Positions 37,761-49,990 of a DNA stretch of 64,000 nt are shown here, in pieces (the first letter of the stretch is position 1; the number at the start of each line of letters is the position of its first letter). The DNA lies in contig NIVC01000757.1 of the NCBI GenBank assembly GCA_002269645.1, positions 272,298 to 336,297 on the forward strand, written 5' to 3'. The notes under the pieces were generated by a model that worked only from the letters and a program-made list of their open reading frames with translations, had not been told where the DNA came from and ran no database searches. Made by a program: the position numbers and the translations under genes. Source of the DNA: Macrostomum lignano. Its lineage: Eukaryota.

Positions 37761-38019
37761 TCAGGCAGCGCACAAAAATAGAAACCATTTTTCAGAGTTT
37801 TTAGTGTGTGTACACAATCGCTGGTAAATAGGTATTTGTTGATAATGTGCTCATGTATTTGGGTAGTGCCTAAAACCAACAACAACTATGAGCGCAGGCT
37901 CATCTTGCAATACAGTAATATAGCAAATATGAGATACATGTGAGGCATGCAGATTGCATTGTGTAAGATATGAATTATTTTCGCACCAATTTGAAGTGCT
38001 CTGACTCATTTTTGATGAC

Positions 38020-38450
38020 CCTGTCCCATTTTGGTGACCCTAACCCACTTTAGTGACCCTGATCTATTATGGAGACCTTGCAGACCCATTTTGGTGACCT
38101 GGACCCATTTTGGTGACCCTAATCCATTATGGAGACCCTGACCCATTTTGGTGACCCGGACCCATTTTGGTGACCCTAGCTGATACATTATGGAGACCCT
38201 GACCCATTATGGTGACACTGACCCATCTTGTTGACCCTGACCCATTTTGGTGGCCCTGACCCAGCCATTTTGGTGACTCTGACCCATTATGGTGATACTG
38301 ACCCATCTTGGTGGCCCTGACCCAGCCATTTTGGTGACTCTGACCCATTATGGTGATACTGACCCATCTTGGTGACCCTGACCAATTTTGGTAGCCCTGA
38401 CCCATTTAGCTGAACCTCACTCATTTTAGTGACCCTGGACCCATTTCAGT
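38020..38450. repeat. About 19-bp degenerate minisatellite (GACCCTGACCCATTTTGGT)
   Basis: Seen directly. Confidence 0.85.
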
Positions 38451-38637
38451 AGCACTGACCAACATCATAGGATTAAAATTCTGCGCAAATAAAGAAACAG
38501 GATAAAATACCGAACCGAAACTACACTACTGACTAGCGTTAAAACCTGATCAGTAGTGTAGAACGCACGCGTGCACAAAAATTTAAAAACGATTTGATAG
38601 ATTACAATCATAGCTACAGTGTTATGTTCTAATTTTT

Positions 38638-41600
38638 TCAGACGCCGCCGTACAGACCACCACCGCCGACGCCGCAGGCAGCATCCAGTTCATCGACGCC
38701 TTCGTCATCTTCATCATCGCCAAACGCGTTATTCGACTTCTTTGACTCGGCGTTCAACTCGCGAATTTGTTGCTTCTCTTTTTTCAGTTTCATTCGTCGG
38801 TTTTGAAACCAAATTTTGATTTGCCGCTCCGTGAGGCCCAGTAGGTGGGCGATCTCGATTCGACGCCTGCGTGTCAAGTAGTTGTTGAATTTGAACTCCT
38901 TCTCCAGCTCCAGGGTCTGCTGACGGCTGTAGGTCTGGCGCCCGCTGCGGCGCTGCACCGAGTTCGGACCTGCGGCAGGTAGGGATAGGAGAGTGTCAGA
39001 AGATTATTTGGGGTGTCAGGAGGGGAGTTGGGGTGTCAGGAGAGGAGTTGGGGTGTCAGGAGAGGAGTTGGGGTGTCAGGAGAGGAGTTGGGGTGTCAGG
39101 AGAGGAGTTGGGGTGTCAGGAGAGGAGTTGGAGTGTCGGGAGAGGGTTTGGGGTGTCAGGAGAGGAGTTGGGGTGTCAGGTGAGGAGTTGGGGTGTTAGG
39201 TGAGGAGCATGTAGTTGTCCTACTCTAGTTGTCCATGGTGAGGAGTTGGGCTGTCAGGTGAGGAGTTGGGTGTCGGGAGAGGAGTTGGAGTGTCAGGAGA
39301 GGCACTGTAATCTCAGGAGAGACCCTGTAATCTCAGGAGAGGCACTGTAATCTCAGGAGAGGCACTGTAATCTCAGGAGAGGCACTGTCATCTCAGGAGA
39401 GGCACTGCGATCTCAGGAGAGGCACTGTAATCTCAGAAGAGGCACTGTAATCTCAGGAGAGGCACTGTAATCTCAGGAGAGGCACTGTAATCTCAGGAGA
39501 GGCACTGTCATCTCAGGAGAGGCACTGTCATCTCAGGAGAGGCACTGTAATCTCAGGAGAGACCCTGTAATCTCAGGAGAGGCACTGCGATCTCAGGAGA
39601 GGCACTGTAATCTCAGGAGAGAAGCTGTAATCTCAGAAGAGGCACTGCAATCTCAGGAGAGGCACTGTAATCTCAGGAGAGAAGCTGTAATCTCAAGAGA
39701 GGCACTGCAATCTCAGGAGAGGCACTGTAATCTTAAGAGAGGCACTGCAATCTCAGGAGAGGCACTGCAATCTCAGGAGAGGCACTGTAATCTCAAGAGA
39801 GGCACTGTAATCTCAAGAGAGGCACTGCAATCTCAGGAGAGGCACTGCAATCTCAGGAGAGGCACTGTCATCTCAGGAGAGGCACTGCAATCTGACAAGA
39901 TCAACTTGTGTATAAAAGACACTGCAGCGTCAGGAACAAGCCTATATACATTATCCGAAGAATACATGGAGAAACGTTAAAATCAAGTTTCCTAATGCCT
40001 AAGCGTACAAACGTACCCAATAAATCAATGCCTTCTTTTCCCTATAGGGTTAGGGTAAGGGTTAGGTTAGGTACAACGTGGGTGGGCTTGACTGGGTGAG
40101 AAATCCCTAGAATTATTGGAATATTATCTCTATATCCTTCTGCAGCTCCACTTTCACCTGTTGCCCTATAGTAATAATCCTAATTCTGATTACACTAGTG
40201 GTTGGGATATCAGAGGACATAAAAATGGTCATAACTGTCAACAGTGGTAGGAGAGGGGTTTCAGCAGTTTCTAATACAGCTTTCGCCAGAAAGAAGATAT
40301 CTGCTGCTTCTGGAGCAAAACAAAACATCAAAGGAGGGCCAAGTGTTTCATATGCAAGCACTGGTTCGAAGGAAACAGAAGGAAGGGTGGAGCTTATTCT
40401 CCAGGTGCTCTGATTTATAACCCAAGTTTTTGGTCCAGTCTAGCAGCCAAGGACTACCGATCCTTCAGGGGTGGCAGTGACTAACCCCACCGATCCTTCA
40501 GGGGTGGCAGTGACTATCCCCACCGATCCTTCAGGGGTGGCAGTGACTATCCCCACCGATTCTTCAGGGGTGGCAGTGACTATCCCCACCGATCCTTCAG
40601 GGGTGGCAGTGATTATCCCCACCGATCCTTCAGGGGTGGCAGTGACTATCCCCACCGATTCTTCAGGCGTGGCAGTGACTATCCCCACCGATCCTTCAGG
40701 GGTGGCAGTGACTATCCCCACCGATCCTTCAGGGGTGGCAGTGACTATCCCCACCGATCCTTCAGGGGTGGCAGTGACTATCCCCACCGATTCTTCAGGG
40801 GTGGCAGTGACTATCCCCACCGATCCTTCAGGGGTGGCAGTGACTATCCCCACCGATCCTTCAGGGGTGGCAGTGACTATCCCCACCGATCCTTCAGGCG
40901 TGGCAGTGACTATCCCCACCGATTCTTCAGGCGTGGCAGTGACTATCCGCACCGATCCTTCAGGGGTGGCAGTGACTATCCCCACCGATCCTTCAGGGGT
41001 GGCAGTGACTATCCGCACCGATCCTTCAGGGGTGGCAGTGACTATCCCCACCGATCCTTCAGGGGTGGCAGTGACTATCCCCACCGATCCTTCAGGGGTG
41101 GCAGTGACTATCCGCACCGATCCTTCAGGGGTGGCAGTGACTATCCCCACCGATCCTTCAGGGGTGGCAGTGACTATCCCCACCGATCCTTCAGGGGTCC
41201 CCCACCGATCCTTCAGGGGCCCCCCACCGATCCTTCAGGGGTGGCAGTGGCTGTTGTTCAATTTTTCAGGGGTGGCATCTTCAAGGTTCAGGGGGTGCTT
41301 CAGGCCAATCTCTCCGGTTTGTCCAGTTTCCGAAATCCCAGTCCAGTCGTTAGTTTCCAGACGTCCCTGGCCGACGGTGAGGTTTTACCCCTAAACCTTG
41401 CTTTTTATTTCATTTTCTTCTGCGGTTTAGTCATGGCTATTTGAAGAAGCCATGCAGGCCTCATTCAATAGTAAAATAACTTTTTTATCACCCGACTCGG
41501 CCTAGCGCGGGCTTCGCACAGATAATCAAAAAAAAGAAATGAAGATTAGGGGCCCAAGAGTTACGAGGCGTGACGGTTTTATGGCCATAGATTGATTTAT

Positions 41601-44600
41601 ACGGCGCACCTCAGTGTTGGGTTGAGAATGGCTATGCTTGGTAAGCTGGTTTATCGTATGGAGAGTCATTCAAGAATTGGGTGCCCCCACGATAAAACAA
41701 ACGGCGCCCACAACAAACGGCGCCCACAACAAATGGCGCCCACAACAAATGGCGCCCCTCAAAAAACGGCGCCCCACAACAAACGGCGGCCCGCAACAAA
41801 CGGCGCCCCTCAAAAAACGGCGCCCCACAACAAACGGCGGCCCGCAACAAACGGCGCCCAAAAACACACGGCACCCCACAAAAAACGGTGCCCATAAACA
41901 CACGGCACCCCACAAAAAACGGTGCCCATGAACACACGGCACCCCACAAAAAACGGCGCCCCAAAACACACGGCACCCCACAAAAAACGGTGCCCATAAA
42001 CACACGGCACCCCACAAAAAACGGCGCCCCTAAACACACGGCACCCCACAAAAAACGGTGCCCATAAACACACGGCACCCCACAAAAAACGGCGCCCCAA
42101 AACACACGGCACCCCACAAAAAACGGCGCGCCCCACAACAAACGTTTAACCAACGTTATAACAACCACATAAGCGCCTGGGGAACAATGGCGCACGCGTG
42201 CATGGGATAAAGTTTTTTATGCCTGAGCGTATTTTTCTTACGCGCAAGAAAGGAATAGCGCGGTGAATTTCAAAAAAAAAATTGTTTGGAAAAAATATGC
42301 GTCAATTATATATAAACCTATGTACGCTTGTACGCTCGTATAGCTCGTATAGACACTTCTTATTTTCGTTTGAAGTTGCAAGTGTGGTCGGGTCGGCGGC
42401 AGAGAGGAAGTCGTATTACACCCTTTCAGAGAGAGGGGTATCATAGTTGCCGCTAGCAAAAGAACAACCAAGGCAAAAAAGTGTCTGACCGAGAGCCTTG
42501 GCCTCCAGACTTGCAGGTGGTTGCAAGAGGAGAGAGGGTGTGTAGGCTCGTATCAACGAAGAGGGAGTGCGTCTGAGCGCTTTTATTGCTTTACAACCTG
42601 TGTGCAGAAACTAGACGATTTTTGGGATTCGAAGCGCGAAAAATGTCTTGGAACTGCGAACTGCACGCGAGCGATGCGATTTGGGGAATTTTAGGTACAC
42701 CTTTTAAGGATGTATTTAGCAAACTGGTGGACTGCTTCTGTTCGTATTTCTCCTGTGTATGAGAAGGTTTAATTAGATGTGCTCTGAGAGAATCTCAAAA
42801 AAACAGTTGACTCCTAAAATTCAAGAAATTGTAAGCGAAAACTGCAAAAAGATTTAGGCGGAAACTACAAAGAGATAGTAAGCGGAAACTTCAAAGAGAT
42901 TGTAGGCGGAAACTACAAATACATTGTAGGCGGAAACTTCAAAGATATTGTAGGCTGAAACTTCGAAGACATTCTATAGGCAAACATTACTAAGAGATTG
43001 TAGCCGGAAACTTCAGAGAGATTGCAGGCGGAAACTTCAGAGAGATTGTAGGCGGAAACTTCAAAGAGATTGTAGGCGGAAACTTCAAAGAGATTGTAGG
43101 CGGAAACTTCAAAAAGATTGTAGGCGGAAACTTCAAAGAGATTGTAGGCGGAAACTTTAAAGTGATTGTAGGCGGAAACTTCAAAGTGATTGTAGGCGGA
43201 AACTTCAAAGTGATTGTAGGCGGAAACTTCAAAGTGATTGTAGGCGGAAACTTCAAAGGCGGAAATTCCAAATACATTGTAGGCGGAAACTACAAAATTA
43301 TTTTACTCAGGGTCGGAAAGTCCGAACGATATTTACAATTTCAGTTGAAATTTCAATTTGATATAAACGCAATTCAATTTTACGATCACAGAATTAAATT
43401 TGCATGATTTAATTCCTCAACTAATGACATTAGCCGTATGAACAAAACTTTATTATAGTAACCCCCATTTTTACCGCGCGCTAGGCCAGCCTTTCACACA
43501 CGTGGCACACACAGCAGTCGTTTTCTTTTTTTCTGAACATTAATAGATTTATGTATAGAATTTTTCGATCACTGCATACTCCGTATAGAGCAGAGCTCAA
43601 ACAAACAGCTGTATTTATAGGACAAGAAGAGCCATGTCTTCATATTGTGTATTTCTGAAGCCGTTAATCAAAGATTTAGATCCTAGATGATCTATATAGG
43701 GACTATTTTTGGTTTGGTTCGTTTTTAACAAATATCTATATTAACCCAAGCATAGCACTAAAATCTAGGATTTATGTATAGAAAAGGGATTTGGTTTGGA
43801 AATGAATTTTTATTTGCTAAACGCTGCAATATTTAATACGAATTATAGCTCATAAGTTTATTTTACGAGTTGTAATAAAAAATTAATGCGAAATTAAATT
43901 ACTGAAGATTCAGAGAGGAAAGCTTGTGAACATTGTCGTTTTAGTTTGTGAAGTTTCTGATTATTTTGTGAAGTTTCTGATTAGTTTGTGAAGTTTCTGA
44001 TTAGTTTGTGAAGTTTCTGATTAGTTTGTGAAGTTTCTGATTAGTTTGTGAAGTTTCTAATTAGTTTGTAAAGTTTCTGATTAGTTTGTGAAGTTTCTAA
44101 TTAGTTTGTAAAGTTTCTGATTAGTTTGTAAAGTTTCTGATTAGTTTGTGAAGTTTGTGATTAGCTTGTGAAGTTTCCGATTAGTTTTTGAAGTTTGTGA
44201 TTAGCTTGTGAAGTTTCTGATTAGTTTGTGAAGTTTGTGATTAGCTTGTGAAGTTTCTGATTAGTTTGTAAAGTTTCTGGTTAGTTTGTGAAGTTTCTGA
44301 TTAGTTTGTGAAGTTTCTGGTTAGTTTGTAAAGCTTCTGGTTAGTTTGTGAAGTTTCTGGTCAGTTTGTGAAGTTTCTGATTAGTTTGTGAAGTTTGTGA
44401 TTAGCTTGTGAAGTTTTTGATTAGTTTTTGAAGTTTCTGGTTAGTTTGTGAAGTTTCTGGTTAGTTTGTGAACATTTAAAGTTTCTGATTCATTCTTGAC
44501 AGAAGCTTTTAAACATAACATCCGTTTTCTTGAGATGCGCTCTGGTTTGTGAGTGTTGTGCAGAGCTGTTAAAGCTTCCGGTTTGTGAAAGCGCCCCGCT

Positions 44601-45075
44601 CACCAACAACGGTCATCCAAGGCCACAGCTGTTTAGCATCGGCTCCATGAGTGGCGGCATGAGCGCGGAGCGATCTCATCGCTGACTCGGCGGCTGCGGC
44701 GGCTGCGGCGGCGGAGTCTGACTCATGCGGGTGATGATGCAGCACTGGCTGCTCCCCTGAGACAGCGGCTGCGGCGGCTGCGGCTGCGGCGGCGGCTGCT
44801 GCGGCTGCTGGCATCCAAAGTCCACCAGCTGCAGGATGCATCGAAGTCTCAACTGCAGACTGCTGTTGCTGCTGCTGCTGCGGCTGGTGCTTGTAGAACT
44901 GATGCTGCTGCTGTTGCTGAGTATGTTGATGGAGAGGATTCTGGTGATGCTGAATGAAAACTGTCGAATCCAATAAGTTTTGATGCTGCTGCTGCTGATG
45001 TTGATAACTGCTCACTGACACTGTTGAGTTATGCTGCTGGTGAGCATTCTGACTGAATGCGAAACAGTAATTCAT
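38638..45075 (-). CDS. Lox4: Central-class Hox homeodomain protein, Lox4/Ubx-AbdA type, 267 aa
   Basis: Exon 1 45075-44604 (MNYCF.. polyQ/H/A ..LWPWMTVV, donor G|GTGAGC) and exon 2 38969-38638 (phase 1). Join reads [81 protein letters not shown]56, the QQIRELN UbdA-like peptide and the GPNS linker are Lox4/Lox2 diagnostics. Confidence 0.9.
39005..39290. repeat. 20-bp minisatellite (GGGGTGTCAGGAGAGGAGTT), Hox intron
   Basis: Seen directly; starts about 35 bp from the exon 2 acceptor. Confidence 0.92.
39295..39893. repeat. 20-bp minisatellite (AGGCACTGTAATCTCAGGAG), about 30 copies, Hox intron
   Basis: Seen directly. Confidence 0.95.
40455..41245. repeat. 33-bp minisatellite (ACCGATCCTTCAGGGGTGGCAGTGACTATCCCC), about 24 copies, Hox intron
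   Basis: Seen directly; explains the 11-aa repeat ORFs. Confidence 0.96.
41695..42140. repeat. Compound GGCGCC/GGCACC-core minisatellite (AAACGGCGCCCCACAAAA...), Hox intron
   Basis: Seen directly. Confidence 0.88.
42855..43290. repeat. 24-bp minisatellite (GATTGTAGGCGGAAACTTCAAAGA), Hox intron
   Basis: Seen directly. Confidence 0.93.
43945..44470. repeat. 20-bp minisatellite (TTAGTTTGTGAAGTTTCTGA), about 26 copies, Hox intron
   Basis: Seen directly. Confidence 0.94.
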
Positions 45076-45688
45076 TACGGATCCTGTCTTGTCTTTCAAT
45101 TTCTGTTTTTTTGCCGGTATCAAGCTGGCATCCAATTTTCATACACACAGTTATTAATCCTATTTTTCGGCTTCTTTCACCCTTCTCGCGGATTCACCTG
45201 GCATGAGGCAGGGCGGGCGAGTTGGCGGCCCTCTCTCTCTGTTCCCCGCCATCGACCGCGACCGCTGGTTGGCTGGCGAGTCCGCGGGATGGGATGGGGA
45301 GTGGAGGGGGAGCGGTGTGTTTGGGCGTGCTGGTTGCTGGGGCTTTTCTGGAGAAATAATCCTCATAAATACCAAAGCTAATGAATGACCCCTTTGAACA
45401 GGATAGAATAGCACACAAAAAGGCAGGGTAAAACGACTCCCAAACAGACAGGGTCAAAGGGCTAGCTCAATCCAACCGAAAAGCAATTATCACATAGCTA
45501 CTCGAAGAGCTAATCAAATACGCTTATAGTCGCAAAATGTTAATAATTGAAGAAAACAGGTGCAAGATTAATGTCTTCATATTTATGTTTTGTGTACAAA
45601 CTCCCAGATGATAAAATCATATCCAGACATATTAATTATATTGATCGTCTTATGGCAGCATGGGGACGCCTTGTTGGTTGCCAGCACA

Positions 45689-45810
45689 GGGGCTTTAGCA
45701 CCAGGGGCTTTAGCACCAGGGGCTTTAGCACCAGGGGCTTTAGCACCAGGGGCTTTAGCACCAGGGGCTTTAGCACCAGGGGCTTTAGCACCAGGGGCTT
45801 TAGCACCAGG
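45689..45810. repeat. 15-bp perfect tandem (GGGGCTTTAGCACCA) x8
   Basis: Seen directly, about 600 bp upstream of the Hox start codon. Confidence 0.95.
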
Positions 45811-46379
45811 CGCGCCAGCAGAATTCCACACAGACTCTCCTGAGATCACGAAGTTCCTGTTTCTCTTCTCAACTCAATTCAGCTCACTCGCACCAGTAAG
45901 CACAACCGGCTATCAACAGCCATATATAAAATAAAAGTATCAGTCGTATAAACTTCGTTTCTAATAATTTATGTTTTTATATTACCGCGGATATCCGTGC
46001 CTATTCTAGCATGTATAATTAGCTCTCTGATATAGGCAGAGGGTCATTAATAAATCTAGAGTAGAATCTCTCGAAACAGGGGGTGGGTGACCATCGCAGA
46101 TGGCGCTCCCATAAGTTTGGGCTTCCCAAATCAATTCTTATAGAATTTTTTTGAGTTGGAAAGACATTTAAAACACAATTGACTGCAGGTGCCCAGCTGC
46201 ACTTTTACAGTTCAGCTGTCTTCTGACTGCGCTTGCCTGGGCACTGAATGATATTATGGTCAATTTATTACCCGCTAAGGGGGGGCGGAATGGGCAATTG
46301 CCTCAGCTCTAGTTGTGGGACCATGTCGCTAAAGGCGTTGCGCCCCAGGTTCCCATCCACTTCATTATTAACACGACCT

Positions 46380-47400
46380 CTAATCCCACACCCGATGCTT
46401 CAGTGGGAGCTGCTGACCCACACCCGATGCTTCAGTGGGAGCTGCTGATCCCACACCCGATGCTTCAGTGGGAAGTGCTAATCCCACACTCGATGCTTCA
46501 GTGGGAACTGCTGATCCCACACCCGATCCTTCAGTGGGAGCTGCTAATCCCACACCCGATGCTTCAGTGGGAAGTGCTAATCCCACACTCGATGCTTCAG
46601 TGGGAGCTGCTGATCCCACACCCGATCCTTCAGCGGGAGCTGCTGATCCCACACCCGATGCTTCAGTCGGAGCTGCTGATCCCACAACCGATGCTTCAGT
46701 GGGAACTGCTGATCCCACACCCGATGCTTCAGTGGGAGCTGCTGATCCCACACCCGATGCTTCAGTGGGAGCTGCTGATCCCACACTCGATGCTTCAGTG
46801 GGAGCTGCTGATCCCACACCCGATCCTTCAGTGGGAGCTGCTGATCCCACACTCGATCCTTCAGTCGGAGCTGCTAATCCCACACCCGATGCTTCAGTGG
46901 GAGCTGCTGATCCCACACCCGATCCTTCAGCGGGAGCTGCTGATCCCACACCCGATGCTTCAGTGGGAGCTGCTGATCTCACACCCGATGCTTCAGTGGG
47001 AGCTGCTGATCCCACACCCGATGCTTCAGTGGGAGCTGCTGATCCCACACCCGATGCTTCAGTGGGAGCTGCTGATCCCACACCCAATGCTTCAGAGGGA
47101 GCTGCTGATCCCACACCCGATGCTTCAGTGGGAACTGCTGATCCCACACCCAATGCTTCAGAGGGAGCTGCTGATCCCACACCCGATGCTTCAGTGGGAG
47201 CTGCTGATCCCACACCCGATGCTTCAACGGGAGCTGCTGATCCCACACCCGATGCTTCAGAGGGAGCTGCTGATCCCACACCCAATGCTTCAGAGGGAGC
47301 TGCTGATCCCACACCCGATGCTTTAGTGGGAGCTGCTGATCCCACACCCGATGTTTTCAGTCGGAGCTGCTGATCCCACACCCGATGCTTCAGTGGGAGC
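46380..47400. repeat. 33-bp minisatellite (CCCACACCCGATGCTTCAGTGGGAGCTGCTGAT), about 31 copies
   Basis: Seen directly. Confidence 0.96.
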
Positions 47401-48060
47401 AGTTATCCAGTGAAATCATCTCGTCTTCAAATTCAAAGTGAAAAGTTTAAAACCTGCTTTTTAGTGAGTTATATAAAGGCCCAGTAAATTAACTGAAAAT
47501 CGCAAGTGAAGTGTAAAAACCAAGCTTAATTATCACGCGTTAGCTCGCGTATATAGAAGCCCCCAAGCACTGACGTGTATACGACCTGCTTTCAGCTTTC
47601 AAGAACTCATGGAGTCAAACTACGGAACAAGATCGTAAATCAGACTTGCTCAAGAAGAGCAGGCCTCTCGACTCGATCTTCCCCAATCCCGCTATCCACA
47701 CTGGCGAGTGTGTATATCTTCCCGAACTCAAATAAGGCCTTACACTTCATCCTACGAATGCCATTTACGAGTATATATCATCCCGCAGCATGGCGAGCCA
47801 TGCAGTGAAGCGAGCGAGCCTCCGCAGGGAAATTTCGAAACTGTGCCACTGGATCTATATACGGTGCAGCATCGGGATTAAGATAATATTTATGACCTTT
47901 AGCTGTATATCAACAGATTGACTCGCCCGTTTGGAAGGATATTTTAATTAACTCGGAGAGAATGTTGGTGCCATAACTTTACGCATGAGTATGAGATTGT
48001 GATAGCGACTACGGAACTTTGCTTTTACGCTCGTAGTTTTACAGAACCGGTATTACAAAA

Positions 48061-48722
48061 TGGGGCCATAGAAGAGGAACAGCTGGGGCCATAGAAGAGG
48101 AACAGCGGGGCCATAGAATAGGAACAGCGGGCCATAGAAGAGGAACAGCTGGGGCCATAGAAGAGGAACAGCGGGCCATAGAAGAGGAACAGCTGGGGCC
48201 ATAGAAGAGGAACAGCTGGGGCCATAGAAGAGGAACAGTGGTGGCCAAAGAAGAGGAACAGCGGGCCATAGAAGAACAGCGGGCACCATAGAACAGGCCC
48301 CATAGAAGAGGAACAGCGGGCCATAGAAGAGAACAGCGGTCCATAGAAGAGGAACAGCGGGCCATAGAAGAGGAACAGCGGTCCATAGAAGAGGAACAGC
48401 GGGCCATAGAAGAGGAACAGCGGGCCATAGAAGAGGAACAGTGGGGGCCATAGAAGAGGAAAAGCGGGGGCCATAGAAGAGGAACAGTGGGGGCCATAGA
48501 AGAGGAACAGTGGGGGCCATAGAAGAGGAAAAGCGGGGGCCATAGAAGAGGAACAGTGGGGGCCATAGAAGAGGAAAAGCGGGGGCCATAGAAGAGGAAC
48601 AGTGGGGGCCATAGAAGAGGAAAAGCGGGGGCCATAGAAGAGGAACAGTGGGGGCCATAGAAGAGGAAAAGCGGGGGCCATAGAAGAGGAACAGCGGGCC
48701 ATAGAAGAGGAACAGCAGGCCA
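48061..48722. repeat. 21-23-bp minisatellite (GGGCCATAGAAGAGGAACAGC)
   Basis: Seen directly. Confidence 0.94.
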
Positions 48723-49407
48723 AAGCATCTTATCAAGGCAAGGCTGCAAAGGCAGTCTCTCTGAGACTAGCTTATGACATATATCTACTATTACACTGTA
48801 CCAGAGGCGGTGCCCGATGGAAGCAGAAAAGACAACAAAGAAGTCAGGAGGATCAGAAAAAAACTCGGAACAATAATATATTGCAACAGCAGTCAAAGGA
48901 AACCGATTTTATAGTTAAGTTAGCAACTGGTTTCTGCCGCCAAAGAGGGAAACTCAATGACCCGGCGGCGGCTTATTCTTTCTTGCCGACTTCTAGAAGA
49001 AGAAACAGACACTTGGACCGCGGGGACAGGTTTCTCTCGCTATAATACCACTCGTTGCAAATTGTTTGCTTACCCAATTTTCCCATTCAGCGACGCCGGG
49101 ACACGCGGCAAGCCGAAAAAGCATTTACAATCCTTATACGAAAAGAAACTATTTTTACAATGCAAGCCAAGTTTAGCCCAGTATCCAACGGAAACTCCGC
49201 GAGCCAAAAAGACGAAATTTGGCATGACCAGCGGCGCTACACCAAACTGTTTTAGAATCGATTTAGAAATTTACAATCAGCAGTAGCAGCGACTGAGCGT
49301 CGCGCGCAATGATGCGAGAAAAAATCGACATGCTTGCCTGACGAAGAGCCCAGAGACTCGAAACCGGTAGCCCATATCAAAAATTTTTTTAAACACGCCG
49401 TGACCTC

Positions 49408-49410
<3 letters not shown>

Positions 49411-49441
<31 letters not shown>

Positions 49442-49990
49442 TCTTGTCACCTCATCGTGTCTCTCATCATTCGCCTCTCTTCTCTCACCTCTCCTCTCTT
49501 ATCTCCGCTTCCCCTGATCTCACCTCTCCTCTCTTATCTCCGCTTCCCCTGCTTTCACCTCTCCTCTCTTATCTCCGCTTCCCCTGCTCTCACCTCTCCT
49601 CTCTTATCTCCGCTTCCCCTGCTCTCACCTCTCCTCTCTTATCTCCGCTTCCCCTGCTCTCACCTCTCCTCTCTTATCTCCGCTTCCCCTGCTCTCACCT
49701 CTCCTCTCTTATCTCCGCTTCCCCTGCTCTCACCTCTCCTCTCTTATCTCCGCTTCCCCTGCTCTCACCTCTCCTCTCTTATCTCCGCTTCCCCTGCTCT
49801 CACCTCTCCTCTCTTATCTCCGCTTCCCCTGCTCTCACCTCTCCTCTCTTATCTCCGCTTCCCCTGCTCTCACCTCTCCTCTCTTATCTCCGCTTCCCCT
49901 GCTCTCACCTCTCCTCTCTTATCTCCGCTTCCCCTGCTCTCACCTCTCCTCTCTTATCTCCGCTTCCCCTGCTCTCACTTCTCCTCTCTT
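49411..49990. repeat. (CT)n followed by a near-perfect 35-bp minisatellite (CTCTCACCTCTCCTCTCTTATCTCCGCTTCCCCTG)
   Basis: Seen directly. Confidence 0.95.

Noticed and set aside
39321-39330. miR-10-like ACCCTGTA inside the Hox intron
   Set aside because: It is a variant of the 20-bp satellite unit, with no mature miR-10 sequence or hairpin.
40045-40071. Telomere-like TTAGGG run
   Set aside because: Only about 4 degenerate units; too short to interpret.
40110-40450. Cys/Trp-rich reading frame in the Hox intron
   Set aside because: Interrupted by stops, with no splice context or family motif.
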